64,000 nucleotides of DNA from Planctomycetia bacterium (lineage in GTDB: Bacteria; Planctomycetota; Planctomycetia; Pirellulales; UBA1268). The stretch lies in the NCBI GenBank assembly GCA_014192425.1, contig BJHK01000010.1, positions 82,089 to 146,088 on the forward strand, in the 5' to 3' direction. The stretch's first letter is position 1; each line of letters starts with the position of its first letter. The notes under the pieces were generated by a model, which made no database searches, was not told the origin of the DNA, and saw nothing but the letters and a program-made list of their open reading frames with translations. This document shows, in pieces, positions 9,593 to 21,103 of this stretch. Both the position numbers and the translations under genes were made by a program.

Positions 9593-10726
9593 TCAGTTCC
9601 GTTCGCCGGCCGCGAACGGGCTGACGTCGTCCGCCTCGTCACCGAAGGCGATGCCCAGCGCGCGGGCCGCCGCCACCGCCGACCCCCGCGGATCGACCGT
9701 CGACAGCGCGCGGATCGCCTCGGCGATCGGCACGCTGTCGATTCGCGGGGGCTGGTAGCAGACCATCTCCCCGAACCGCCCCTCGTGCACAAGCCGCACC
9801 GCGTGGGCGCCGAACTGGGTCGCCAGCACGCGGTCGAAGCTGGTCGGGCTGCCGCCGCGCTGCAGGTGGCCGAGCACCACGGTCCGCACCTCGCGGTCGA
9901 GCCGGCGGGCGATCTGCCCGGCGACGATCTCGCCGATCCCGCCGAGCTTCACCTGCCGCCGCTCGCCGGCGCCGCCGTCGTGGACGAGGCCGCCGTCCGG
10001 CAGTGTGGCCCCCTCGGCGACGACGACGAGCGTGTAGCGCTTCCCCTCCGCCTCGCGCCGCTGCACCGCCCGGCAGAGGCCGGCGAACGTCCAGGGAATC
10101 TCCGGGATCAGGATCACGTCGCCGCCCCCGGCGATGCCGGAATGGACCGCGATCCAGCCGGTGTGCCGCCCCATCACCTCCAGCACCATCACACGCTCGT
10201 GGCTGGCGGCCGTGGTGTGCAGCCGGTCGAGGGCGTCGGTGGCGCAGGCGATGGCGGAGTCGAAGCCGAAGGTGAAGGCGGTGCAGCCGAGGTCGTTGTC
10301 GATCGTCTTGGGAACGCCGACCACGGGGATGCCGTGCTCATAGAGCTGCTGGGCGATGGCGAGCGAGCCGTCGCCGCCGACGCAGACGAGGCCGCAGACG
10401 CCGAGCCGGCGCAGCGTCTCCCCGGCCTGGGCGAGGAGCCCGGGGTCGATCCGCACCCGGTCCCCCTCGCCAACGAGCGCCGCAAAGCGGCCCTTGTTCG
10501 TCGAGCCGAGGATCGTGCCTCCCTGAAGGAGGATGCCACCGGTGTTCTGCGGCGTCAGGGGCATGTAGCTGACCGGGTCGGCCAGTCCCTCGTAGCCGCG
10601 CAGGAAGCCGACGCACTCATAGCCGAGGCGATGTGCCGATTTGGTCGCCGCCCGGATGACGGCGTTGAGGCCGGGGCAGTCGCCGCCGCCGGTGAGGATG
10701 CCGATCGTCGGTTTGCAGGCTGTCAT
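9593..10726 (-). CDS. pfkA: 6-phosphofructokinase (PfkA family; phosphoryl donor ambiguous)
   Basis: [24 protein letters not shown] and PKTIDNDL motifs of the PFK-A family. Confidence 0.92.
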   Translation of the reverse strand: MTACKPTIGILTGGGDCPGLNAVIRAATKSAHRLGYECVGFLRGYEGLADPVSYMPLTPQNTGGILLQGGTILGSTNKGRFAALVGEGDRVRIDPGLLAQAGETLRRLGVCGLVCVGGDGSLAIAQQLYEHGIPVVGVPKTIDNDLGCTAFTFGFDSAIACATDALDRLHTTAASHERVMVLEVMGRHTGWIAVHSGIAGGGDVILIPEIPWTFAGLCRAVQRREAEGKRYTLVVVAEGATLPDGGLVHDGGAGERRQVKLGGIGEIVAGQIARRLDREVRTVVLGHLQRGGSPTSFDRVLATQFGAHAVRLVHEGRFGEMVCYQPPRIDSVPIAEAIRALSTVDPRGSAVAAARALGIAFGDEADDVSPFAAGERN

Positions 10727-10844
10727 GGGAGGGGAGTTCGCGGCGGCACGCGAAGTCTAACGTGGTGTTCGGATTCGAGGATATAGTGCGGGCTCTGGGC
10801 AGGCCGGGACTGGGTGGGCCGCCGGGTGACGCGCTGGAGTCGAC

Positions 10845-12692
10845 GTGAACATGGGTGGCAGCGACACGGGGGTGGACTGCAGGCGGGACGATTCCTCGAC
10901 GGGCGGCCCGCTGCCGGCCTGGCTGGCGGCCCGCTGGCCGGCACGGATCGACGCCCTTCTGCTCGGCGTGCTGCTCGTGGTGGTCGGCTGGTCGTGGTGC
11001 GATGCGTATGGCATCCGCTCCGAGGCAGACTGGGCGCAGCCGCTGGCCTACACCGAGGACCCGGAGAAGTCGGACGTCATCGGCACGTATGCGGGGCTGA
11101 AGGCGGCGGCGGCGGGGAACATGCTGCCGCTGGTCTGGAAGCGAGTCGACGAACTGGGGGCGCCGTTCGGTTCCGAATGGTCCGACTGGCCGATGATCGA
11201 GGAACTGCAGTTCGCCTTCTTCGGACTGCTGGCCCGGATCTTCGGGGTCTTCACGGGGCTCAACCTGGGGATGCTCAGCGGGCACCTGCTCGCGGCCGCG
11301 ACCTGCTACGTGGTCGCCCGCGTCGGCGGCTGCCTGCCGAACTGGTCGTTCGTCGCCGGGCTGGCCTATGGCCTGGCGCCGTTCCTGTTCGCGCAGAGTC
11401 CCCATCACTTTCAGGTGCAGTGGGCCTGGCACGTGCCCCTGTTCGCGCTCGTGTGGCGCTGGGTGGCCACGGCCCCCGGGCTGGAATGGGGCACGTCGCG
11501 GTTCCGCTGGGCCATCGGGATCGGATTTCTCACCGGGCTGATGTTCATCTACTACACCAACGTCTTCTGCCAGCTGGTGCTCCTCGGGGCGCTGGTGCTG
11601 TACGCCCGAGGCCGGAGCCGGCCGGCACTGCTGGCCGCCGCTGCCGTCATCGGTGCGGCGGCCGCAGCCGTCGTCCTCATGAGCCTCGACACCTGGACGT
11701 TCGGCTGGTGGCACGGGCCGAATCGGGGGGCGCTGGTTCGCGAATACAAGTGGCTGGAGATCTACGGGCTCAAGCTCGTGGACCTCGTCGTGCCGCCGGT
11801 CACGCACCGTTCGGGCATCGTGGCCGCACTGGCGCGGGGGCATCACCAGGCGGCTCCGCTCCTCGACGAACAGGCGTCGTATCTCGGGTTCGTGGGTCTG
11901 GCCGCGGTCGGCTGGCTTGCCTGGTCCGCGGTGTCGGCGCTCGTTCGGCGCAGGCAGGAAGCAGTGCCGATGGAGGCCTGGCAGGTGCTGTGGATCGTGC
12001 TCATGTTCACGACCGGGGGGCTGAACGCGATCGTCGGTGCGTTCGGGATCACGATGTTTCGCGCCAGCTGCAGGTATAGCGTCGTGATCCTCGCCATCGC
12101 CCTCATCTGGGCCGCGCGCCGGCTGTCGGACATGCAGGCTGCCCGCGGTCGGCCCGTGAGCGGCGCCGCCGGCGCCGGCGGCGGTGAACTGGCCTGGATC
12201 GCCGCGCCGCTGGCGTGCTGCCTGATCGTGCTCTGGGACCAAGTGCCGCGACCGCCGACCCGGGAGCTGCGCGAGCATGTCGCGCGGTTGGTGGCGGCCG
12301 ACAGGGAGTTCACGGAAAAGATGGAGGGCAGCCTGCCCCCCGGCGCGATGGTCTTCCAGTTGCCGATCATGGAGTATCCCGAGGCGCCGGTGCCGGGCAT
12401 CCCGCCTGCCGACCACCTGCGGCCGTACCTGTTCAGCCGGCAACTCCGCTACTCGTTCGGTGCGATGAAGGGGCGCGAGCGAGACCGTTGGCAGCGGCAG
12501 ATCGCCACCATCGACCTTCCCCAGTCGCTCGCCGAACTGCGCCGCCGCGGGTTCGCCGCCCTGCTCATCAACCGCAACGGGTTCCCCGATCGTGGCCGCG
12601 CGATCGAGGACACGCTGCGCGGTCAGCGGGGGACGGGGCCGGCGATCGAGTCGGCCGCAGGGGATCTCGTCTGCATCCCGATCGGCCCGTGA
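10845..12692 (+). CDS. Polytopic membrane protein with C-terminal soluble domain (possible GT-C-like transferase)
   Basis: About 10 hydrophobic segments followed by a ~190-aa soluble tail. High GC3; the opposite-strand 608-aa ORF is Arg/Pro-rich shadow. No family recognised with confidence. ATG 10851 is an alternative start. Confidence 0.6.
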   Translation: MNMGGSDTGVDCRRDDSSTGGPLPAWLAARWPARIDALLLGVLLVVVGWSWCDAYGIRSEADWAQPLAYTEDPEKSDVIGTYAGLKAAAAGNMLPLVWKRVDELGAPFGSEWSDWPMIEELQFAFFGLLARIFGVFTGLNLGMLSGHLLAAATCYVVARVGGCLPNWSFVAGLAYGLAPFLFAQSPHHFQVQWAWHVPLFALVWRWVATAPGLEWGTSRFRWAIGIGFLTGLMFIYYTNVFCQLVLLGALVLYARGRSRPALLAAAAVIGAAAAAVVLMSLDTWTFGWWHGPNRGALVREYKWLEIYGLKLVDLVVPPVTHRSGIVAALARGHHQAAPLLDEQASYLGFVGLAAVGWLAWSAVSALVRRRQEAVPMEAWQVLWIVLMFTTGGLNAIVGAFGITMFRASCRYSVVILAIALIWAARRLSDMQAARGRPVSGAAGAGGGELAWIAAPLACCLIVLWDQVPRPPTRELREHVARLVAADREFTEKMEGSLPPGAMVFQLPIMEYPEAPVPGIPPADHLRPYLFSRQLRYSFGAMKGRERDRWQRQIATIDLPQSLAELRRRGFAALLINRNGFPDRGRAIEDTLRGQRGTGPAIESAAGDLVCIPIGP

Positions 12693-12842
12693 CCCGTTGG
12701 CAGCTCACATTGCCGCAGCCCGCGACGAGCTTCGCGCACCGATTTTGTGCCGCTGAAAGCTGGCTATACTGGATGGTTTGGGGACCTCTTCGCCGCGGTG
12801 ATTGAGCCGCCGATGGAGCGTTCTTTGGAGGGTCGTCATCGC

Positions 12843-15032
12843 ATGTCAACCGGTCGTCGCCCAGGCACGTTCCGATCCGCCAAGTCCGGCGATGACGCTC
12901 CGCCCCCGCCCCTTCCCCGTGGGGAAACCGCGGCCGCGGCGGGCGTCGGGCCGGCGCAGGTCGTGACGGCCGGCGCGACGTGGGCCGACGCCCTGATCAA
13001 GGCGGCCGTGATCGCCTTCGCGTGTGCCTGGATGTACTCGCCGTCACTCCGCGGTGACTGGCTGTGGGACGACGATACGTCGATCACGAAGAACGCCGTC
13101 GTCCAGAATCCAAACTACGACTTCTGGAAGATTTGGGTCGCCCCGGAAGGCGCCGACTACTTTCCCCTCACGGCCACCGGTTTCTGGCTCCAGTGGCAGC
13201 TCTTCGCCCCTGCGCCGAACACGCCCCCCGAGCAGATGCCGGCCGCGGTCGAGCGGCTGAAAATGGGCTATCACGCCGTCAACATCGTGCTGCACACCGT
13301 CGCCGCCCTCCTCCTCTGGCGGCTGATGAATGTCATGAAACTCCCCGGCGGCTGGCTCGCCGGGATGCTGTTCGCCGTGCATCCGATCGGCGTCGAGTCG
13401 GTGTCCTGGGTCTCCGAGCTGAAGAACACCCTCTGCCAGCCGCTGTTCCTCCTCGCGGCCATCCACTTCGTCCTCTTCGACGACGCGGAGCGCGAGATGG
13501 GCGACTGGGATTCGCGCCGGGTCTGGGGCAATTACGCATTGGCGGTCTTCTGTTTCCTGCTCGCGATGCTCGCCAAGACGTCCGTCGTCATGTTTCCCGT
13601 GGTCATCCTCCTGTATGCGTGGTGGAAGCGCGGCCGCATCGGGCCGCTCGACATCGTCCATTCGGCGCCGTTCTTTCTCGTCTCGCTGCTGCTCGGCCTG
13701 ATGACGATCTTGTACCAGCACGGCCGGGCCGTCGGCCAGGAGAGGATGCCGATCGAGGGGATCCTCCCCCGGGTGGCGATCGCCGGGATGGCGATCCCGT
13801 TCTACCTCTGGAAAGCGGTCTGGCCCTTCGACCTGCTCCCGATCTATCCGCAGTGGCAGGTCCTGCCGCCGAAGTGGTGGCAGTTTCTTCCCTGGCCGCT
13901 GATGGCCGCCGTGTTTGCCTGGCTGTGCACGCGGCTCCAGCCGGCGGGCCGGCCTTGCTGGGCGCGAAATGTCCTCTTCGCCCTCGGCTTCTTCGTGCTC
14001 ATGCTCCTGCCGATCCTCGGCTTCATCACCATCTCCTACATGCGGATCACCTGGGTCTGCGACCACTTCCTGTACCTGCCGATGATCAGCCTGATCATGC
14101 TCGGCACCGCGGCGGCGACCGTCTGGGCCGCCCGGGCCGATGCCACCGAGCAGCGGATGACGATCTCCGCCGCCGCAATGCTGATCGTGCTGCTGGCTTT
14201 CTCGACCTTCCGCTACGCCCACGTCTGGTTCAACGAGGACGCGCAGTGGACCCACACGCTGGCGTCGAATCCCGACGCCTGGCAGGCGCACAACCGGCTC
14301 GGTGCCTGGAAGGCGGGCCTGGGCAACACCAAGGGGGCGCACGAGCACTTCAAGAACGCCTCGCGGCTCCGCCCCGACCTCGGCGAGACCCACAACAATC
14401 TCGGCACCACGCACCTCCAGCAGGGACACGTCGACGAGGCGATCGCCGCCTTCGCGAAGGCCGCCGAGGTCACGCCGCACGTGCCGCTGTTTCGCGTCAA
14501 CCTGTTGAACGCGCTCCTCGAGAGCGGCCGGATGGAGCGGGTCGACGCCACGTTCCTCGCCATGCTCGAGAAAGAGGATCCTGCGGCGCTGCAGTTCCTG
14601 GTCGCGCTCGGTCAGCAGGCGATGGCCTTGGAGAACGCCGCCGTGCAGGCGGCCGCGGCCAACCGGCCCGAGGAGGCAGAGCGGGTGGCGGCCGTCGCCA
14701 GGAGCCGGTTCGCGCTGGCTGCCGCCAAGTACAAGTTGGTGCTCGACAGGCAGCCGCGGAGCGCCGTCGGCTGGAACAACCTCGCTGTCATGCTCATGAA
14801 GCTGGGCCGGCGCGAGGAGGCCGTCGCGGCCTTCGAGCAGGCGTTGGCGATCGCCCCGGAACTGCTGGACGCCCGCATGGGGCTGGAGGCCGCCCGCCAG
14901 GAACTGGCTGCCACGGGCACCCAGCAGGCGGCACCCGGCGGCCCGCGGCCGGCCCAGCCGCCGGAGATGCAGCCGGAGATGCAGCCGCCATCGTCGCCGA
15001 CGCTCGGGTCGCCGCCCGGGTTCGGCAAGTGA
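12843..15032 (+). CDS. TMTC/PMT-like membrane protein with C-terminal TPR repeats
   Basis: Start at ATG 12843. N-terminal multi-TM region (YFPLTATGFWLQWQLF, HAVNIVLHTVAALLLWRLM) is typical of TPR-containing O-glycosyltransferase-like proteins. C-terminal TPR units (AWQAHNRLGAW..., THNNLGTTHLQQGHVDEAIAAFAKA...). Confidence 0.7.
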   Translation: MSTGRRPGTFRSAKSGDDAPPPPLPRGETAAAAGVGPAQVVTAGATWADALIKAAVIAFACAWMYSPSLRGDWLWDDDTSITKNAVVQNPNYDFWKIWVAPEGADYFPLTATGFWLQWQLFAPAPNTPPEQMPAAVERLKMGYHAVNIVLHTVAALLLWRLMNVMKLPGGWLAGMLFAVHPIGVESVSWVSELKNTLCQPLFLLAAIHFVLFDDAEREMGDWDSRRVWGNYALAVFCFLLAMLAKTSVVMFPVVILLYAWWKRGRIGPLDIVHSAPFFLVSLLLGLMTILYQHGRAVGQERMPIEGILPRVAIAGMAIPFYLWKAVWPFDLLPIYPQWQVLPPKWWQFLPWPLMAAVFAWLCTRLQPAGRPCWARNVLFALGFFVLMLLPILGFITISYMRITWVCDHFLYLPMISLIMLGTAAATVWAARADATEQRMTISAAAMLIVLLAFSTFRYAHVWFNEDAQWTHTLASNPDAWQAHNRLGAWKAGLGNTKGAHEHFKNASRLRPDLGETHNNLGTTHLQQGHVDEAIAAFAKAAEVTPHVPLFRVNLLNALLESGRMERVDATFLAMLEKEDPAALQFLVALGQQAMALENAAVQAAAANRPEEAERVAAVARSRFALAAAKYKLVLDRQPRSAVGWNNLAVMLMKLGRREEAVAAFEQALAIAPELLDARMGLEAARQELAATGTQQAAPGGPRPAQPPEMQPEMQPPSSPTLGSPPGFGK

Positions 15033-15042
15033 GCCGCGCCGC

Positions 15043-16461
15043 TCAGGCGCCCCAGTTGCCGCGCCGCAGCCGGGCGAACAGGGTGCGGTAGTCCCCGGTT
15101 CGCACCGGGACCACCGTCTGGGCGGCCGTCTGCTCCGTCAGGTCATCCTCGATCACGAGCATGTCTGCATCCACGTCGCCGCTGGCGGCCGGAGCCTGCG
15201 CACCGCGCGGCATGTCGTCGGCCGCCGGGGCGACGGCGACCGGTGCTGCGGGGAGGGCGGGCAAGGCCACCCGCCCCAGCGCATCGAGCTCCCTGGCAAG
15301 CGCGGGACCATCCCGGCTGGTCACCCGCGTCCAGCCGGTGAAGTCGTCCGGGCCTTCGATCTGCAGCCGCTCGACGGCCTCCCGCTCCTGCTCGAAGAAC
15401 TCGGCGAACGGGTCGGCACCCGTGTCGAACACGAGTTCCACGTCGGGCCCGTTCCACGGATCGGCGGCCGCCTGCCGCCCGCAGCCGCCATCCTCCCCGC
15501 CGCCGACATCGCGATCGGCGGACGGCGCGCCGAACTCGATGACCGTGGTGTCGCCGCTCTCCCGCCCGGAGTCCCCGCCATGCCACAGGCCGTCATCCAG
15601 GTCGGCATCCGCCGGCCCAGCGTCCTGCTCCTCGTCGTGGCCGTGCCGGGCCGCGACTGGAAGCCGCTGCATCTCCCGCCAGGCCGTGGCTATGTCGGCG
15701 GCGGAGATGCGCCGCCCTGCGCCGGCCGCACCGAGCAGCGCATGGTCGCAGAGCTGGTTGACGGGCCGCGGCATGCCATCCGTGGCGCTGAACACGGCAT
15801 CGTCGCAGCCGGCCTCGAACACCGCGTCCCAGTCCATGCCGGCGGTCCGCATCTGCGACCGCACGTAGGCCGCGGTCTCCGCATGGTCGAGCGGCTCGAG
15901 ATAATTGCGGACGGCGATCCGCTGCGACAGGCTCTCCATTCGCGGTAGCGCGAGTAACTCCTCGAGCTTCGTCGAGCCGGCGAGGACGATGTGCACCGCA
16001 GGCAGCGGCGTGGGCACGTTGGTGAGCAGCCGCAGTTCCTCGATCAGCCGGGTGGGCAGCGTGTGTGCCTCGTCGACGAGGATCACGAGCCCCGATCCGG
16101 CGCCGGCCAGGCTCCGGATCCGCTCGACCAGCGCGATCCGCAGTTCGACCTCGTCGATGCCCCGGTAGGGCTCGCCGATCTCGGCGTGGATCGACTGCCA
16201 GAGGGCACGCCGGGTGCAGATCCGGGCCCCGGACAGGAGGGCGACGTCGAAGTCGTCGCGAACGTGCTCGGCGATCATCGCCAGGAGAAGCGACTTGCCC
16301 GTCCCCGGCTGGCCGACGACGATCGAGATGCCTTCGGCGCGGCGGATCGCCCGTTCCGTGTCCTGGAGGGCCGCGTCGATGACCTTGGCGGGATGGTAGA
16401 ACTGCGGTCGCGGCGCGGCCATGAACGGACGGGACGAGGGGTGCCGGCGTGGGGGGTGCAT
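15043..16461 (-). CDS. ExeA/GspA-like AAA ATPase with acidic C-terminal extension
   Basis: Walker A VVGQPGTGKS, Walker B LVILVDEAH, general ExeA (AAA_22) layout. ATG 16422 is an alternative start. Confidence 0.8.
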   Translation of the reverse strand: MHPPRRHPSSRPFMAAPRPQFYHPAKVIDAALQDTERAIRRAEGISIVVGQPGTGKSLLLAMIAEHVRDDFDVALLSGARICTRRALWQSIHAEIGEPYRGIDEVELRIALVERIRSLAGAGSGLVILVDEAHTLPTRLIEELRLLTNVPTPLPAVHIVLAGSTKLEELLALPRMESLSQRIAVRNYLEPLDHAETAAYVRSQMRTAGMDWDAVFEAGCDDAVFSATDGMPRPVNQLCDHALLGAAGAGRRISAADIATAWREMQRLPVAARHGHDEEQDAGPADADLDDGLWHGGDSGRESGDTTVIEFGAPSADRDVGGGEDGGCGRQAAADPWNGPDVELVFDTGADPFAEFFEQEREAVERLQIEGPDDFTGWTRVTSRDGPALARELDALGRVALPALPAAPVAVAPAADDMPRGAQAPAASGDVDADMLVIEDDLTEQTAAQTVVPVRTGDYRTLFARLRRGNWGA

Positions 16462-16718
16462 CGCGGACGGGATCTCCAGGGGGCGGCACCATCCGCTGCG
16501 GACGGCTGCTTCTGATTTCGACCGCTGGACGCGACTTCCTCCACCATGTGCCAGCCCCGTAGACTCTGTCGATGGCGAAGGCGGGGTTGCCCGCGACGGG
16601 TGGCGACGATTCTGCCGCGCGTTTCGGCGCGGCCTCCGGGAGTGGACACGATTCGCGAGTCCCCGGCGGCGACGACGATCCGGACGGTCGCTTCGGGCCT
16701 CGAACTTCCGGCAGCATA

Positions 16719-17426
16719 ATGTTTCACGTGAAGATCTGCGGCATAACGACGGCGGTCGATGCGCTCGCCGTCGCGGCGGCAGGAGCGGATGCGGTCGGCC
16801 TCAACTTCGTGCCCGGCTCCCCGCGCTGCCTCGACCGCGATCGTGCGCGGGCCGTGGCTGCCGCCGTTCCCTCCGGCGTCCTCCGGGTGGGCGTCTTCGC
16901 CGGCGCGTCCCCGGCGGACATGCTGTCGCTGGCCCACGACGTGGGCCTGGATGCGATCCAGTTGCACGGCTGCCTCCCCGGCAGCGGGGCGGCCGGACTC
17001 CCGACCGAGGCGCCGGAAATCTGCGCGGCCCTCGCCGGCCTGGGCGTGATCAGGGCCGTGCGGCTCGAGACGGCTGGCCTCGAACCGGCCCGCCTTTGGC
17101 TCGAGGCAGCCGGACGTTGCGGCCGGCTGCCCGACCTCGTCCTCGTCGATGCCAGCCTGCCACGGGGGGCCGTGGCCGGCCGCCTCGGCGGCACCGGTGC
17201 CACGGTCGATTGGGATGCGCTCGTCGCCGCGGGGCCGCTGCCGGTGCCGCTCGCCCTGGCCGGCGGGCTGACCCCCGACAACGTCGCCGAGGCCATCGAA
17301 CGGACCGGCATCGGTGCCGTGGACGTGGCCAGCGGGGTCGAATCGGCTCCGGGCGTCAAGGACCCGGCCCTGCTGCGGGCCTTCGTCGCCGCCGCCCGCG
17401 CGGCCCGCGCCGGCCGACGGGGCTGA
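16719..17426 (+). CDS. trpF: Phosphoribosylanthranilate isomerase
   Basis: [10 protein letters not shown]...[15 protein letters not shown]...IQLHG, typical TrpF. Start at ATG 16719 rather than the upstream ORF start. Confidence 0.85.
   Translation: MFHVKICGITTAVDALAVAAAGADAVGLNFVPGSPRCLDRDRARAVAAAVPSGVLRVGVFAGASPADMLSLAHDVGLDAIQLHGCLPGSGAAGLPTEAPEICAALAGLGVIRAVRLETAGLEPARLWLEAAGRCGRLPDLVLVDASLPRGAVAGRLGGTGATVDWDALVAAGPLPVPLALAGGLTPDNVAEAIERTGIGAVDVASGVESAPGVKDPALLRAFVAAARAARAGRRG
16720..16735. promoter_or_regulatory. Weak parS-like box inside the trpF start
   Basis: tgtttcacgtgaagat matches the parS consensus TGTTTCACGTGAAACA at 13/16, with a perfect left half. Confidence 0.3.
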
Positions 17427-17523
17427 TCGCGGCACCCTTTGCCAACCAGCCGGGACGGCTAAGATGGGTCGTCTAGGGCGGTCGTCTTCCGCCCGCCTGC
17501 CCGTCTCACATCAGGAGGTTCCC

Positions 17524-18837
17524 GTGGCCCACGTCGAAACGCGTCTCCCCTATAAGGTCGCCGATCTCTCGCTCGCGGAGTGGGGCCGCAAGGAGATCAT
17601 GCTGGCCGAGAACGAGATGCCAGGCCTGATGGCGCTGCGGCAGAAGTACGCCCGCTCCAAGCCGCTCGCCGGTGCCCGGATCGCCGGCTGCCTCCACATG
17701 ACCATCCAGACGGCGGTGCTCATCGAGACGCTCAAGGAACTCGGGGCCGAGGTCACCTGGAGCAGCTGCAACATCTTCTCAACCCAGGACCACGCCGCCG
17801 CCGCCATCGCCAAGGCCGGCTTTCCGGTCTACGCCTGGAAGGGGATGACGAACGAGGAGTTCGACTGGTGCATCGAGCAGACGCTGTTTTTCCCCGACGA
17901 CCAGCCGCTGAACATGATCCTCGACGACGGTGGTGACCTGACCGCCATGGTCCATACCAAGTATCCCGAACTGCTCGGCGGCATTCGCGGTCTGTCTGAG
18001 GAGACGACCACGGGCGTCCACCGGCTGTACCAGATGCACGAGCACGGCGAGCTCAAGCTCCCCGCGATCAACGTCAACGACTCCTGCACGAAGAGCAAGT
18101 TCGACAACCTCTACGGCTGCCGTGAGAGCCTCGCCGACGGCATCAAGCGGGCCACCGACGTGATGGTGGCCGGCAAGGTGGTGGTGGTGGCCGGCTACGG
18201 CGACGTCGGCAAGGGCAGCGCCCATGCCATGAAGGCCCTCGGGGCCCGGGTGATCGTCACCGAAGTCGACCCCATCAACGCCCTGCAGGCCGTCATGGAG
18301 GGCTACGAGGTGACGACGATGGAGGAGGCCGCTTCGCGGGGCCAGATCTTCATCACCGCCACGGGCTGCCGCGACGTGATCCTCGGCCGGCACATCGAGA
18401 AGATGCCGAACGACGCCATCATCTGCAACATCGGCCACTTCGACCTGGAGATCGACGTCGCCTGGTTGGAGGGCACGAAGGGGATCAAGAAGGTGGAGAT
18501 CAAGCCGCAGGTGGACCGCTACACGCTCCCCTCGGGCAGCAGCGTGATCGTGCTGGCCGAGGGCCGGCTCGTGAACCTCGGCTGCGCGACCGGTCACCCG
18601 TCGTTCGTGATGAGCACGAGCTTCACCAATCAGGTGCTGGCGCAGATCGCCCTCTGGACGGAGACCGACAAGTACGACGTCGGCGTCCACATGCTTCCCA
18701 AGAAGCTGGACGAAGAGGTTGCCCGGCTGCACCTCGAGAAGTTGGGCGTCAAGCTGACGAAGCTCACGCCGGCGCAGGCTGAGTACCTGCATGTGCCGGT
18801 CGAGGGGCCGTTCAAGCCGCCCTATTATCGCTACTGA
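17524..18837 (+). CDS. ahcY: Adenosylhomocysteinase
   Basis: [29 protein letters not shown] and NAD-binding GYGDVGKG motifs. GTG 17524 lies 6 nt after AGGAGG. The longer listed ORF would overlap trpF. Confidence 0.93.
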   Translation: MAHVETRLPYKVADLSLAEWGRKEIMLAENEMPGLMALRQKYARSKPLAGARIAGCLHMTIQTAVLIETLKELGAEVTWSSCNIFSTQDHAAAAIAKAGFPVYAWKGMTNEEFDWCIEQTLFFPDDQPLNMILDDGGDLTAMVHTKYPELLGGIRGLSEETTTGVHRLYQMHEHGELKLPAINVNDSCTKSKFDNLYGCRESLADGIKRATDVMVAGKVVVVAGYGDVGKGSAHAMKALGARVIVTEVDPINALQAVMEGYEVTTMEEAASRGQIFITATGCRDVILGRHIEKMPNDAIICNIGHFDLEIDVAWLEGTKGIKKVEIKPQVDRYTLPSGSSVIVLAEGRLVNLGCATGHPSFVMSTSFTNQVLAQIALWTETDKYDVGVHMLPKKLDEEVARLHLEKLGVKLTKLTPAQAEYLHVPVEGPFKPPYYRY

Positions 18838-18869
18838 GCCGCCTCCGGCGGCTCAGTGCGGGGCTGCGA

Positions 18870-18940
18870 AGCCATCCCTGGCCTTCGCAGCCCCGTCGGT
18901 CGCGGGCAACCGACGGTTGCCTGGGACCGACGCGTCGCCC
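18870..18940. repeat. 71-bp perfect direct repeat, copy 1
   Basis: agccatccctggccttcgcagccccgtcggtcgcgggcaaccgacggttgcctgggaccgacgcgtcgccc is identical to 19062-19132. Contains internal palindromes (ccgtcgg/ccgacgg, ggcaacc/ggttgcc). Confidence 0.9.
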
Positions 18941-19061
18941 TCCCGGCGACGCGTGGCGAGCATGGCGTTGATCCAGCCGCCTGGATGGCGGCCTGGAGGG
19001 GCGGGCGGAGCCCGCGTAAGGCGTCGCCGGCCACGACGGCGGCGACGCCGCGATATACGGC

Positions 19062-19132
19062 AGCCATCCCTGGCCTTCGCAGCCCCGTCGGTCGCGGGCA
19101 ACCGACGGTTGCCTGGGACCGACGCGTCGCCC
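19062..19132. repeat. 71-bp perfect direct repeat, copy 2
   Basis: Identical to 18870-18940, offset 192 bp. Confidence 0.9.
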
Positions 19133-19140
19133 CGCCCCGT

Positions 19141-19268
19141 CGCCGGACGTTCGCGGATGCCATCGTGGCATCCGCTCTCTCGATGCCGACTGCGCTTCGC
19201 CATCCTCGCTGGTCTTGTCGGCACACGCCGGCTCTCATGGCATGGGCGACCCCTCCTTGACGAGGACT
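19141..19268. repeat. Copy B of the structured intergenic repeat family (see 7281-7417)
   Basis: Same ordered conserved blocks as copy A. Hairpin gcggatgcca/tggcatccgc at 19152-19174. Stem tgccgac (19184-19190) / gtcggca (19217-19223) encloses a conserved 26-nt loop. Confidence 0.6.
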
Positions 19269-19288
19269 CACGAACCCGGGCTTTGGGC

Positions 19289-19304
19289 CGTTTCACGGGA
19301 AACG
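19289..19304. promoter_or_regulatory. parS-like box
   Basis: cgtttcacgggaaacg matches TGTTTCACGTGAAACA at 13/16. Confidence 0.4.
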
Positions 19305-19562
19305 AAATCGTGAGGCTCCGTGGTCGCGACACGGAGACGGAGCCGGGCAGTCGGCTGCTCGACGAGCGTTGGAGATTTCGCCTCCACCGGGAGAGGCGTG
19401 AGCTGCCATCGAACGTCGAGGCGAAATATCCCAGCGAGGAGACAGCCGCCAGCCCGGCGGCAGCAGCATACGAGACCTCGACGGGCAGTCCGCCGGGCAC
19501 TTTTCTGCTACTATCGCGGGCTTGAAATCGATCCCGGATACACGCCGAAAGGAAGCTTCCCC

Positions 19563-20885
<1,323 letters not shown>

Positions 20886-20925
20886 CAGGGCGGGTGGCAC
20901 AGCGGTCGGAGTCCACCGCTCTGGC

Positions 20926-20941
20926 CGTTCCACGTGAAACT
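20926..20941. promoter_or_regulatory. parS site
   Basis: cgttccacgtgaaact matches the B. subtilis-type parS TGTTCCACGTGAAACA at 14/16. Lies 163 bp upstream of parA. Confidence 0.7.
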
Positions 20942-20990
20942 CGGCAGTCCGCGCCGCCTGGGCAGGCTATGGGCTCTGGGTAAACGCTGT

Positions 20991-21006
20991 CATTTCACGT
21001 GAAACG
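20991..21006. promoter_or_regulatory. parS site
   Basis: catttcacgtgaaacg contains the perfect 12-bp palindrome tttcacgtgaaa; 13/16 to consensus. Confidence 0.65.
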
Positions 21007-21103
21007 GCGGCGCCGACCTTGCGCGCTGAGCCGGTTCTGGCGGAGCGGCGGTCGCGGCCTGACGGTTCCTCCTGCGCGCGCCGATATTCCGTGAGCACCG
21101 CTC

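Noticed and set aside
10617-14480. Minus-strand ORFs of 608 aa and 478 aa
   Set aside because: They are antisense to the two membrane-protein genes. Their composition is dominated by Arg/Pro/Gly/Asp, with no motifs.
17314-17523. Upstream extension of ahcY overlapping trpF, and a possible SAH riboswitch in the trpF-ahcY spacer
   Set aside because: GTG 17524 has a perfect AGGAGG and yields the canonical AhcY N-terminus. The 97-nt spacer has only a small gggcgg/ccgccc hairpin and nothing resembling the SAH riboswitch consensus as I recall it.
18870-19132. CRISPR-like array
   Set aside because: Only two copies of a 71-bp repeat with a 121-bp spacer and no cas genes. The length and copy number do not fit a CRISPR array.
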